Part shown: positions 34,960 to 44,605 of the stretch, piece after piece
Position numbering within the stretch: position 1 is the stretch's first letter
Layout: every line of letters starts with the position of its first letter
Virus record (IMG/VR): IMGVR_UViG_3300031857_016023
Coordinates: 1-64,000 of that record
Strand: one strand, 5' to 3'
Length of the DNA stretch: 64,000 nucleotides
From: a virus
Notes under the pieces: generated by a model
The model's input: only the letters and a program-made list of their open reading frames with translations
Databases searched by the model: none
What the model was told of the DNA's origin: nothing
Program-made: the position numbers and the translations under genes

Positions 34960-35533
34960 TGCCTGTCTTTTTATGGTTGCGAATTGCTTTTTTAACTATC
35001 TTATTTTGTTTTCGTTTAGCGACTTGTAGTGCGACTGGTCCTACATTGTCAGTAAATTTTTTACCATTCATGTGTTCTAATTCATGGACAAAACACCGAG
35101 CAGTTATTCCCTTTAATGTTGTTTGTTGTAATTCCCCATTTTCATCGGTATATTCAACAACAACTGATTCTGGTCTTGCTATTTTAAGATATAAACCAGG
35201 GTAGGAGAGGCAACCTTCATCTATTTTAACAACATCATCCAAAACCGATATTACTTTTGGGTTAATACAAGCCATTTGGAAATCATCAGTACCAATTACA
35301 AACACCCTTTCATATACACCGCATTGATTAGCAGATAATCCAATACCACCATAAAGTTTTCTGGTTAATTGTAACCGCTTAATCAAGTTTGACATATGTG
35401 GATTTGGTAGAGAACCTTTATACTCAGGCATTTCAGCAGCTAACATCGGATGATCACCTTCATATAAAGGTAATCTGTTTATAGGTTCTTCTACTATGCC
35501 TAAACCAGTATCAATTTTTAAAATATCATTCAT
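34943..35533 (-). CDS. def: Peptide deformylase
   Basis: GIGLSANQ, EGCLS and HELEH motifs are intact. Confidence 0.94.
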   Translation of the reverse strand: MNDILKIDTGLGIVEEPINRLPLYEGDHPMLAAEMPEYKGSLPNPHMSNLIKRLQLTRKLYGGIGLSANQCGVYERVFVIGTDDFQMACINPKVISVLDDVVKIDEGCLSYPGLYLKIARPESVVVEYTDENGELQQTTLKGITARCFVHELEHMNGKKFTDNVGPVALQVAKRKQNKIVKKAIRNHKKTGNGIQL

Positions 35534-35712
35534 TTTTTAAACACCCACCTTTCTGCAAATCGTTCAGCTTCTTCTAATGTTTTAAACCAAGCATTTTGGT
35601 GATAATCACTAGAGGCTTCGAACATAATTATTTGATATGTGCCATCATTACATGGTAAAATATCTATGGTTCTTTCGTGACCATCTGTAATTCGTATTTG
35701 ATCTTTTGTCAT
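35530..35712 (-). CDS. Hypothetical protein
   Basis: ATGA overlaps with both neighbours. Confidence 0.6.
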   Translation of the reverse strand: MTKDQIRITDGHERTIDILPCNDGTYQIIMFEASSDYHQNAWFKTLEEAERFAERWVFKK

Positions 35713-37421
35713 TTTACAATCCTCGAAAAATTTTTCTCTTTATCGAATCGTATTACATTCATAAATTTGTCCTGTAATATATCTCCTTTATGTGAGATAA
35801 CAAACAGGTTTACACCTTCTAACATTTGTAGTATCTTCATCAATTCTTCTGTGCCATTTGTATCGAGGCTAGAATCAAATGTTTCATCAAGTATCAACAG
35901 ATTAGTATTTGATGAGTTCTTTAACTTAGCAACAGCACGCCAAGTTAACATCAATGCCATATCAATTCGTTGTTTCTCACCTTCACTAAAGTTATTGTAA
36001 GTAAACTCGTCACGATGCCTAGATTTAATTGTTTCTTTAAATGATTCATCTAAGTTAAAGTTTACAAAGAAATCTAGTGATGCTAAATACTTATTGACCA
36101 GTTTGTTGATGACTGGTAGATACTGCCTTACAATTTTTGTTTTGATGCCAGTATCTTTTAACAGATTACTTGCCACTTCATAATATGTTTTTTCTTCTAT
36201 CAGTTCTTTTAATGCAGCTTGCAACTCTGTCAATGAGTCCTTTAGTAATTTTAATTGCTGCTCTTCTAAGTCTGTCACTACTTTAGAATCCTTTAACTCA
36301 TCTACCAACTTACGCAAGCGAGCAATCATTTTGTTTGTTTCGGTAATTGTTGTATTGTAAGTAGCAATCTCAACCTGTTTTTTGTTAATGAGTTTTTGTT
36401 TCTCATTAATGTCATTCAGTTTTTCTTGTTCTTCATTTAGTTTGGTTTCTAACTGTGATAGACCGTGTTCACACTCACCAACTTTGGTGTCGAGGGTTTT
36501 AAGCTCTTCTTCTTTAAAAGAACTGGCAATGGCTTGCCTACATGTTGGACAATCATCATGTGATTGGAAGAAACTAATATCTTTGCGAAATTTGGATAAG
36601 TTGCTTTCAATTTGAGATTCAAGTTTTGTAATCTTCTTGACCTTAGCCTCTGTTTCAATCTTATTTGCAACCACAAATTGAAGTTCTTCCGTTTCGGCGC
36701 TGAGGGTCCCAACATTTGCGAGTAAGGTGGATACGGTATCATTATGCAATTGAATCTCATCATCATATTCTTTTACCTTATCATCATTATTCTGTTTCAA
36801 TTCTTCAATATGCTTTTTCTGCATATCGTGCTTCTGTGATGCTAAATCAATCTCATGTTTCTTTTCTGAGATTAGGTCTTTATTGTTTGATATTTTATCT
36901 CTAACCAATCCATTCATTGTAGAAAAGATTTGAATGTCTAATAAATCTTCAATGATAGCACGGCGGTCTGATGCCGACAACTGCATGAACGGAGTAAACG
37001 AAGCACTACCAAGAATTACAATCTGTGTAAATGATTTATAATTTAATTTAAGAATGTATTTCTCAAGTAACTCTTGGTAATCTCTACTTGCAGCTTCTTG
37101 ATTAATGAGTTCACCGTTGCAATAAATTTCAAACACATTTGGTTTGATGCCACGAACAATGCGATAGTTCTTGTTGTTGGTGTCGAGTGAAACCTCAACT
37201 ACACAATCTTTACCATTGATTGAGTTGACCAGTTGTGGTTTATTGATTGAACGGAATGGTTTACCAAACAAAGCAAAACACAACGCATCGAGCATTGTGC
37301 TTTTACCAGAACCATTTTCACCAACAACAAGAGTGTTTGGTGTACTGTCTAGTTTAATCTCTGTAAAATAATTACCTGTGCTTAACAGGTTTTTCCACTT
37401 AACATTACGAAATATAATCAT
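35709..37421 (-). CDS. gp46: Recombination endonuclease subunit gp46 (Rad50/SbcC-like)
   Basis: GENGSGKST, CPTC zinc hook, FSEGEK signature, LILDETFD, VISH. Confidence 0.95.
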   Translation of the reverse strand: MIIFRNVKWKNLLSTGNYFTEIKLDSTPNTLVVGENGSGKSTMLDALCFALFGKPFRSINKPQLVNSINGKDCVVEVSLDTNNKNYRIVRGIKPNVFEIYCNGELINQEAASRDYQELLEKYILKLNYKSFTQIVILGSASFTPFMQLSASDRRAIIEDLLDIQIFSTMNGLVRDKISNNKDLISEKKHEIDLASQKHDMQKKHIEELKQNNDDKVKEYDDEIQLHNDTVSTLLANVGTLSAETEELQFVVANKIETEAKVKKITKLESQIESNLSKFRKDISFFQSHDDCPTCRQAIASSFKEEELKTLDTKVGECEHGLSQLETKLNEEQEKLNDINEKQKLINKKQVEIATYNTTITETNKMIARLRKLVDELKDSKVVTDLEEQQLKLLKDSLTELQAALKELIEEKTYYEVASNLLKDTGIKTKIVRQYLPVINKLVNKYLASLDFFVNFNLDESFKETIKSRHRDEFTYNNFSEGEKQRIDMALMLTWRAVAKLKNSSNTNLLILDETFDSSLDTNGTEELMKILQMLEGVNLFVISHKGDILQDKFMNVIRFDKEKNFSRIVK

Positions 37422-38488
37422 TCAGCTACTTCTGTATTCAATGCCTCAACATATAACTCTCGCATAAGAGTTTTTAATTTATCGGGTTCAACATCCAATT
37501 CCAAGTTATCAATATACTTAGAAAGAATTGTCATCGTATCTTCAGCCTGATCAATGATTTCTTGGTCATTATCAACTATCGTATCACTAAAATCTTCTAC
37601 AATGGATAAATCAGCAATACCAACCTTGTAAAGGTTATCTACTACATGGTCAAACAAAAATGGATTCTGTTTGTTCAACACCACAACTTTTACATAGGTA
37701 TCTTTTAGAGCATCAAACTCATATGTTTTCCACCAATCAAAGTCATAAGCAGTATCGTCATACACCACTTTGTTAAACATCGTAAATGGGTTGCGAACAA
37801 ATTCCAACTGCCTAGTTGATGTATCAAAGATATGAAAACCTTTTGGGTCATTGTAATCGGCCCATGTCATTTCATATGGTGTGCCCACATATACAATGTT
37901 ATGGTCTGACGATTTATGATGAAAATGGCCAGACAAAACAATATCATAACTCTTTAATAGGTCTTTGTCAATCCCTACTTCTGAAACATTGCCACGATCC
38001 ATTTCAAAACCACGAATCTCAAAATGCCCAAAAGCAATCTGTGAGCTAGAATCTTTCATCGCCTTTAGAATATGCTCGGCGTTCTCATCACACATCCAAG
38101 GTACAACATCAACTTGAACACCATCAAACTCTATTGTGGTAAATTCATCATAGTATTGGACATTGGAGTATTCATTCAATAATAGACCTGTTGAATTTAC
38201 TTCTAATGTATTTTTGAAAGCTACATCGTGATTGCCAAGAAGTGTGTGAACTTTAATGCCTAATTCTTTGCACTTATCAAAGAAATATTTACGGCATAGA
38301 TAGAGTGAGTTGAAATTAATAAACTTTCGTCTATCAAATAAATCACCCATCTGAAAAATAACATTGATATTATTTTCTACTAGGTATGGAAAAAACACTT
38401 CATCATAGAAGCGCTCAAAGTATTTGTGGAAGTCTAATGAATCACCTCGAGCACCGAAGTGTGTATCGCCAAGAATACAAATTTTCAT
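37418..38488 (-). CDS. gp47: Recombination endonuclease subunit gp47 (Mre11/SbcD-like)
   Basis: GDTHFG, GDLFD, GNHD, GHFE, SGHFH. Confidence 0.95.
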   Translation of the reverse strand: MKICILGDTHFGARGDSLDFHKYFERFYDEVFFPYLVENNINVIFQMGDLFDRRKFINFNSLYLCRKYFFDKCKELGIKVHTLLGNHDVAFKNTLEVNSTGLLLNEYSNVQYYDEFTTIEFDGVQVDVVPWMCDENAEHILKAMKDSSSQIAFGHFEIRGFEMDRGNVSEVGIDKDLLKSYDIVLSGHFHHKSSDHNIVYVGTPYEMTWADYNDPKGFHIFDTSTRQLEFVRNPFTMFNKVVYDDTAYDFDWWKTYEFDALKDTYVKVVVLNKQNPFLFDHVVDNLYKVGIADLSIVEDFSDTIVDNDQEIIDQAEDTMTILSKYIDNLELDVEPDKLKTLMRELYVEALNTEVAE

Positions 38489-38489
38489 A

Positions 38490-39119
38490 TCAATAATTAG
38501 TTACTTTATAATCGGACAAACAATATAAAGAATCACGAGCACCATCAAAAATTTTGTTGTAACCTATATCTTTCATTAGCTGGTCAAATTCACCACGATT
38601 GGTGCCTGTTAAATAATGTTCAAATGTTACCACTTCAGCCCAAACACATTTAGGTTTACAATCACCAACATTTTGAAATACTTTTAATTCAGCACCTTCA
38701 ACATCGATGTGAACAAAGTCAGGTATGACATTAAACCTTTTGCAAAATGTTTCTAAACGAATTGCTTTAGCATCATATGGTTCACCATAAATTTTACCAT
38801 GATTGTCTTGTGGATTTACTGTAAAGATACTGCCAGAATCTGGATGATGGTGGCCGTTTTGTGTTAGTGATGGATTAAATGGTATTGTTCCATCAACATG
38901 ACAAACAGCAGCATGAAAATAATGGATGCCATTATCAAATGCTCGTTTAGAATTGTTTTCATACCATTCATTCGAACATTCAAAGGCATAGATTTTAGCC
39001 CTTGGAATTTCTTGTCTAACTTTTATGGAATCATCCATATTCATACAACCAACATCAAAGAAAACAAAATTGTTCTCATCAAAATTTTGTTTGACCCAAT
39101 TTAAATTTAAATCACTCAT
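38490..39119 (-). CDS. FkbM-family methyltransferase
   Basis: FFDVGC, IYAFE, HIDVEGAELKVF. Confidence 0.82.
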   Translation of the reverse strand: MSDLNLNWVKQNFDENNFVFFDVGCMNMDDSIKVRQEIPRAKIYAFECSNEWYENNSKRAFDNGIHYFHAAVCHVDGTIPFNPSLTQNGHHHPDSGSIFTVNPQDNHGKIYGEPYDAKAIRLETFCKRFNVIPDFVHIDVEGAELKVFQNVGDCKPKCVWAEVVTFEHYLTGTNRGEFDQLMKDIGYNKIFDGARDSLYCLSDYKVTNY

Positions 39120-39294
39120 TTATTTTTACCTTTAAACTTTGTATTTCGTCTTTAAGCCTAAGTTTTCTTTTCTTAATCATGGTAACTAATCTATCTTCAC
39201 CATAATGTTTTATTTGTTCAGCTAATTGAACATCCAATTCATCATGTTCTTGCTGTAAATGTTTGATATGATTTTTTATTTTTTCTGCATCCAT
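39112..39294 (-). CDS. DUF465/YdcH-like small coiled-coil protein
   Basis: HLQQEHDELD..IKKRKLRLKDEI. Confidence 0.75.
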   Translation of the reverse strand: MDAEKIKNHIKHLQQEHDELDVQLAEQIKHYGEDRLVTMIKKRKLRLKDEIQSLKVKINE

Positions 39295-39388
39295 TTACCA
39301 CTCCAAAGCTTTAATATCTGACATATCACATGGGTTTTCTTTACTGCAATTCTTATGCACATAATAGATTAAAGGTACACAAGCGGTC

Positions 39389-39417
39389 ATTGTAACACAA
39401 ATAAACAAAATAATCAA
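39389..39417 (-). promoter_or_regulatory. Sigma70-type promoter
   Basis: TTGATT-17 nt-TACAAT with TG extended -10, just after the gp55 stop. Confidence 0.55.
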
Positions 39418-39422
39418 GCGTT

Positions 39423-39965
39423 TCAAGGCAAATCTTCTTCAATAAATTTTTCTAAACCTTTAGTCTTGCCTTCTTTCTTCTTGCGTTTATTTTCTTCAAA
39501 ATTGTAGATGAATTCGGAGATGTTTTCATAAAGTTCAAACTGCCTCATATTTCCGTTCTCATCTTCCATCATTTCAAACTCATCTAATATACCAAACTGT
39601 TCTGTTGCCTTATATTTGACATACAGTTGTTTCTTTTCTTTCATAATACGGCGAAGAAATGCGTAGTAGATGATCTGTGTAAAGTAAGCAAATGGGTTCT
39701 TTGATTTGTCAGGATCAAAGTTACGAAAATACATAAGGCAGTTTTCAATACCATCTGCAATCATCTCATCTCGGAAAGAATATGATATGAAGTTGGGTTT
39801 GCGTGACAGGTGGTCAGCAATCTTTAGAAAACACTCACCAATATAATTTGGTATTTGTGGATCTGGCTTGTTTTTCTTTTTGGCCTCATCACAAGCCTTC
39901 TTGTATTCAATCAATGCTGATAGAAAATCGGCATTGTTCACATAATGTTTAGTTGCTTTTGTCAT
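39423..39965 (-). CDS. gp55: Late-transcription sigma factor gp55
   Basis: HYVNN, YIGECFLKIA, EMIADGIENC, NPFAYFTQI..AFLRRI.KEKKQ. Confidence 0.95.
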   Translation of the reverse strand: MTKATKHYVNNADFLSALIEYKKACDEAKKKNKPDPQIPNYIGECFLKIADHLSRKPNFISYSFRDEMIADGIENCLMYFRNFDPDKSKNPFAYFTQIIYYAFLRRIMKEKKQLYVKYKATEQFGILDEFEMMEDENGNMRQFELYENISEFIYNFEENKRKKKEGKTKGLEKFIEEDLP

Positions 39966-40404
39966 CTTCGCCTCTTTTTACGCTTGACATATGTAATAAT
40001 GGTGGTGTTCCGGTTGCAAGTAATTTATTACTAACTATATCCAGGAGCTTAAACACTCTCTTTCTATAATCAAATCCTAACATTGAAGCTTTCTCCCCTT
40101 TATTATAAGGTGGTGTTCTTCCTGTTGAGTGATACTGATCCGCTGTAATGTCAATTCTTTCTCCTTCTTTAGTAACTGCCCACCAATGCCAGATACCTTC
40201 ATCATCCAAACCACGGTATAACTTAATGTTCTTACTACCAAACAATTTCTGTAAACAAGCAGAAGCGGTATGACAATGACCAAACATAGGATTTGTAGAG
40301 TTTCTTTCCACCCACTTCTTAGGTAAAAGGTCTGGCGTTAAGTGTTTGGTAATTATATCACAAGCCTTATCTAAAAGCAAGCGGTTATATTCAAACATTT
40401 CCAT
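39949..40404 (-). CDS. Conserved phage hypothetical protein
   Basis: NPMFGHCHTAS..HWW..IDITADQY motif (Cys/His/Asp, transglutaminase-like arrangement). Confidence 0.6.
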   Translation of the reverse strand: MEMFEYNRLLLDKACDIITKHLTPDLLPKKWVERNSTNPMFGHCHTASACLQKLFGSKNIKLYRGLDDEGIWHWWAVTKEGERIDITADQYHSTGRTPPYNKGEKASMLGFDYRKRVFKLLDIVSNKLLATGTPPLLHMSSVKRGEDDKSN

Positions 40405-41314
40405 ATTTGGTATTCTTTAGCATGGCATATCCTTTAAGTAACTCTTGAATACCCATATCTAAATCAAAGTTAGGTTTAAATCCTTCCTTTTCAATCTTTT
40501 CATTGGAGACCATGTAGTTTCTTTGGTCTTTATCTTTACCAATTTCTGCTTCAACAATTTCAAATCGTGGTACATATTTTTTAATCGTATCACACAGTTC
40601 ACGCTTTGATACATTGGCAGATGAAAGGCCTATATTATAAATTTGGCCTCTCATATTCTTATTTTCTAATGCCATTGTAAATGCTTGGCATACATCTAAT
40701 ACATGAATATAATTTCGTTTAAAGTGTGATTCAAATAACACAACGAAACCATCATTGACAGCACGGTAAGTCATATCATTTACCAACAAATCAATTCTCA
40801 TTCTTGGTGACATACCAAATACAGTTGCAAGCCTAAAACTTGTGGCATTTGGATGTTCCATCAAAACCTTTTCTACTTCTACTTTATCTTTAGCATATCT
40901 AGAAATAGGATTCAATGGTGAATTTTCATCACAATAATCACCTGTACCATAAGCACTATTGGTAGTAGGCATCAAAACAATTTGTTCTTGTGACAGGTAC
41001 TTCATCATCATAAAAATAGCATCTCTGTTTGTAGAAGATGCTCCAATTGGATCTCTATCACATAAAGGTGCACCAACATAAGCTGCAAGAGGTATAATTA
41101 TATCAGCTTGTTTTAGAATTGGCAATAGGTCTGCTTCTACTCTTACATCACCACGATAAATCCTAAAATTTGGGTGATAGCATAATTGGCCAAGTGATGA
41201 TTGTTGGTACATAAAATTATCTAACACAGTAACATTATGACCTAAACCTAATAGGTCTTGTGATAACATCGACCCAATATAACCTGCACCACCTGTAACT
41301 AATATATTTGCCAT
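40391..41314 (-). CDS. NAD-dependent epimerase/dehydratase
   Basis: GGAGYIG, YAKDK, FRLATVFG.SPRMRIDLLVN, RNYIHV. Confidence 0.9.
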   Translation of the reverse strand: MANILVTGGAGYIGSMLSQDLLGLGHNVTVLDNFMYQQSSLGQLCYHPNFRIYRGDVRVEADLLPILKQADIIIPLAAYVGAPLCDRDPIGASSTNRDAIFMMMKYLSQEQIVLMPTTNSAYGTGDYCDENSPLNPISRYAKDKVEVEKVLMEHPNATSFRLATVFGMSPRMRIDLLVNDMTYRAVNDGFVVLFESHFKRNYIHVLDVCQAFTMALENKNMRGQIYNIGLSSANVSKRELCDTIKKYVPRFEIVEAEIGKDKDQRNYMVSNEKIEKEGFKPNFDLDMGIQELLKGYAMLKNTKYGNV

Positions 41315-41315
41315 A

Positions 41316-42485
41316 TTAAGCCTCGTTTAATGTTTTGGTAATAAAATCAATTTCATCTAATTGCATTGATGGGAAATTACCAATATAAAATCCATAAAAA
41401 TGAATATGTTCAGTATTTGGAAAATTCAAATGATAGTTTTCTGGCACAATATTTTTAAGGTATGGTTGTCTTGTTTGATTACCACCACCTGCACTTCCAC
41501 GGCGAAATTCAATGCCTTCTTCTTTCATTCTCGTCATAATTCTATTTGCGAAATCTTGGTCTTTATCATTGAGTATTAGATTGAAAGCATAGTTACTAGA
41601 GCCTATTAATTTAAAGCCAGTAAAAAATTTCTTTGGGCTTAACTTAGATAAAAACCTTTCGTGATTTCTATTCCGTAGTTTAACATTTTCATTTAATTTT
41701 GGCAACTGTGAAAGACCAAGTATACCGCCTAAATCGGTGTTACGCATATTGTATGCTGGGTAAGCAAAGATAAAATCAGGATTCAACTGTGGGTATTGTA
41801 TCTTGTAAGCCAGTTTCATTTTTTCATTACCACATTCTCTGACCATACCATGTGAACGAAGCATGCGAATTGTATTGTAAACTTCTTCATCGTTGGTACA
41901 AACCATACCGCCTTCAATCGTTGTCATATGGTGTGCGTAATAGAAAGAGAAATTGGACATCCATCCAATACTGCCGCAAAGCTTCTCTCCGTGTCTTGCG
42001 CCATGCGACTCGCAAACATCTTCAATCAATGGAATGTTGTTTCTAGCTAGAGTTGATATGAGATCATCAGTTAATGCATTAAACCCTTGAATATGTGATA
42101 AAAATACAGCACGGGTATTTGGAGTAATTGCACGAATGATAGAATCAGGATTCATACCTAAAGTGTCCATATCCACATCAACGAATACTGGTGTAAATCC
42201 ACATTGAATCACAGAGGCAACATCAGATATCCATGTTAAAGGTGGAACAATTACTTCACCGCCTTGTGGATATTTTATCTTCAACATGGTCATTGATAAT
42301 AAATTGGCAGATGCGCCAGAGTTTACAAATACGGAATACTTTACGCCTAACCATTTCGACCAAGCTTCTTCAAACTCTCGGCATTTTGGACCGTTAGTTA
42401 GAATAGGGTCATCTTGTTTTAGATGCTCAATCATGGCATCTAAATCTTGTCTTGTAACATTATTTCTCATCAAAGGAAATTTCAT
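41316..42485 (-). CDS. DegT/DnrJ-family PLP enzyme (3-dehydratase-like, His in place of the catalytic Lys)
   Basis: VNSGASANL, IEDVCESHGA, SFYYAHHMTTIEGG. Confidence 0.88.
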   Translation of the reverse strand: MKFPLMRNNVTRQDLDAMIEHLKQDDPILTNGPKCREFEEAWSKWLGVKYSVFVNSGASANLLSMTMLKIKYPQGGEVIVPPLTWISDVASVIQCGFTPVFVDVDMDTLGMNPDSIIRAITPNTRAVFLSHIQGFNALTDDLISTLARNNIPLIEDVCESHGARHGEKLCGSIGWMSNFSFYYAHHMTTIEGGMVCTNDEEVYNTIRMLRSHGMVRECGNEKMKLAYKIQYPQLNPDFIFAYPAYNMRNTDLGGILGLSQLPKLNENVKLRNRNHERFLSKLSPKKFFTGFKLIGSSNYAFNLILNDKDQDFANRIMTRMKEEGIEFRRGSAGGGNQTRQPYLKNIVPENYHLNFPNTEHIHFYGFYIGNFPSMQLDEIDFITKTLNEA

Positions 42486-42492
42486 TTTAACC

Positions 42493-43482
42493 TCACGAAT
42501 TGTTTAATATAACTTGAGTACCATGATTATCGAACTTAAATGGCACCCATACCTTTATTTGTTCCATCTTTAACTTGAATTCTTTTTGTTGATCTGGCGG
42601 CACAAGAAACATAAAGAAACCGCCGCCGCCTGCACCCATTAGTTTACCACCATAAGCACCACTTTCAATGGCTGTATAATATATGTCATCTATCCATGGT
42701 TCAGTAACACCATCTGCTAGACCTCGTTTAATTTCCCAAGCTTTGTGCATCAACTCACCTATTATAAACATTTCTTTTTCTTTGGCAAGCATATCGATAG
42801 CTTCGTTTGCTAAGTTTACCGTTTCTAATAAAAGACTATCTGTTTTGCCTTCTTTGATATTATCTACCTTTTTCTTTGCTTGAATTTCTGAGTGTCGAGA
42901 AACACCAGAAAAACCAAGCATGATGTGTGATTCTAGATATGTTTTATAATCTAAATTCATTTTAAATGATTTGGCATCCCAACCTTCACTCGACATAGAA
43001 ATAACTTGAATACCGCCAAGTGCAGACATAATTTGATCTTGTATGCCAACATTTTCGCCAATAATATCTTGTTCAACTTCAATGGCTCTTTCTGCTAATT
43101 CTTTCTGTGTTAAATTATATTTCTTTAAACGATAGATTGCATTTAACAAACCTACTGTAAAGGTTGATGATGAACCAATACCAGACCTTGCAGGTAAATC
43201 ACCTTCATGGCTAATAGAAATGTTTTCTGTTATATTGGTGTATTGCAAACAAGCACGTATAGCTGGGTGATCAATATCTTCTATTGAATTAACATTTTCT
43301 ATTTTTGAATAAGTTAAACGAATGGTATGGTCAAAAAATGGCGGCAATTCTTTTATATGAACATAACAGTAATGTGCCATTGCAGCAGATATACATTTAC
43401 TTGGATGTTTTGAAAACCAAGCAGGGTAATCGGTGCCGCCACCAAACAAAGAAAGTCTATAAGGAGTTTTTGTAATAATCAT
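42493..43482 (-). CDS. GHMP sugar kinase (HddA-like heptose-7-phosphate kinase)
   Basis: PYRLSLFGGGTD, PARSGIGSSS, GIQDQ, GGKLMGAGGGGF. Confidence 0.88.
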   Translation of the reverse strand: MIITKTPYRLSLFGGGTDYPAWFSKHPSKCISAAMAHYCYVHIKELPPFFDHTIRLTYSKIENVNSIEDIDHPAIRACLQYTNITENISISHEGDLPARSGIGSSSTFTVGLLNAIYRLKKYNLTQKELAERAIEVEQDIIGENVGIQDQIMSALGGIQVISMSSEGWDAKSFKMNLDYKTYLESHIMLGFSGVSRHSEIQAKKKVDNIKEGKTDSLLLETVNLANEAIDMLAKEKEMFIIGELMHKAWEIKRGLADGVTEPWIDDIYYTAIESGAYGGKLMGAGGGGFFMFLVPPDQQKEFKLKMEQIKVWVPFKFDNHGTQVILNNS

Positions 43483-44009
43483 TTTTCATTGTAATAGTCA
43501 CCCCACTCTACAAGAATTGTTGAACGATTATCATCACGCAACAATGCTTTTACATAAGCAGGAAAAATTTGAAAGGGTTCATCTAAACGGATAACTTCAA
43601 CCGTTTTACACATCGATTTAAATGCTTCAGTAAAATCTCCCACATGTTGACATTGTGGGTGTAAAGGTCTTTCTGAACCAATACTGGTACGAATAATCAC
43701 ATTGGCCTTATACTTAGACATTAAGGAAAGTTTATCCACATGATTTACTAATTGACTAACAGCACATAGTAAAAAGTTCCATCGTGGATAAATTGAAATT
43801 GGAATACGACCATGTAATGCCATACCTAATGACATACCCATTTGCATTTCTTCTGCAACAGGCAATTCAATAAGTTTATCTTTCGATACATCTTTTAGTG
43901 TGTTAGACATTCCTGTGCCTGGTACAGCAACCGCTTGGCCAAGAAAAACAGTTCTATCATCGTTAGCCAAATATTCCATTGACCGTTTTAATTCATCAAA
44001 GTATTTCAA
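43479..44009 (-). CDS. TPP-dependent dehydrogenase E1 beta / transketolase pyrimidine-binding domain only
   Basis: VFLGQAV, ELPVAEEMQMGMSLG, QLVNH, HPQCQH; no C-terminal domain. Confidence 0.8.
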   Translation of the reverse strand: MKYFDELKRSMEYLANDDRTVFLGQAVAVPGTGMSNTLKDVSKDKLIELPVAEEMQMGMSLGMALHGRIPISIYPRWNFLLCAVSQLVNHVDKLSLMSKYKANVIIRTSIGSERPLHPQCQHVGDFTEAFKSMCKTVEVIRLDEPFQIFPAYVKALLRDDNRSTILVEWGDYYNEK

Positions 44010-44605
44010 AATTGTACCCTCACTCCAGCACCAGCATGTGGATATTTGGTTTCGTATTTGTAATAGTAAATCATATCGGTATTATAATTTTCATAAGACA
44101 ATTCTTTATCATTCCATACTTCTCTTGTATCTGTACAAACTGATTTACCATTATCTTCAATAATAAATTTAATAGGTAAATTATATTGAATTGCATACTT
44201 CATTGATTCATATGCAATTCCTGTTTCTGAAGTCATATCACCTAAAAAACAATAAACTTTAGAATCACCATTACTTTTTTTAATTGACATAGCTGTACCT
44301 ACTGCAATTGGCAAAACTCCACCCACAATAGCAGAAGAATATATTTTATATTCTGGAAAACAAAGTGAGATAGAACGACCTTCTAAAATTTCTTTTTCTA
44401 TTTCATCAGCAGGCACACCTTTTAGTAAGCATTGATAGTGTGAACGCCAAGAACAAAATACCCAATCTTGTTGGCGAACATCTTTAAATACATTAATTAG
44501 TTCATCTTCATTACCATAATAGAGATGAACCGGTGATCGTATTTTTCCATTATTAAATTGGTCAGCAATACGATTTTCAAAATCAATTAGTTCTTGTTTA
44601 GTCAC
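44006..44605 (-). CDS. TPP-dependent dehydrogenase E1 alpha-like (short)
   Basis: VHLYYGNE, WRSH, AIVGG..PIAVG, GDMTSETG..EDNG TPP-binding motif. Confidence 0.85.
   Translation of the reverse strand: MTKQELIDFENRIADQFNNGKIRSPVHLYYGNEDELINVFKDVRQQDWVFCSWRSHYQCLLKGVPADEIEKEILEGRSISLCFPEYKIYSSAIVGGVLPIAVGTAMSIKKSNGDSKVYCFLGDMTSETGIAYESMKYAIQYNLPIKFIIEDNGKSVCTDTREVWNDKELSYENYNTDMIYYYKYETKYPHAGAGVRVQF

Noticed and set aside
39295-39390. 31-codon ORF MTACVPLIYY... after gp55
   Set aside because: Its ATG overlaps the -10 box of the predicted promoter and has no SD; unsupported
43479-44605. Pyruvate dehydrogenase auxiliary metabolic genes
   Set aside because: The subunits are truncated, E2/E3 are absent and the context is nucleotide-sugar biosynthesis
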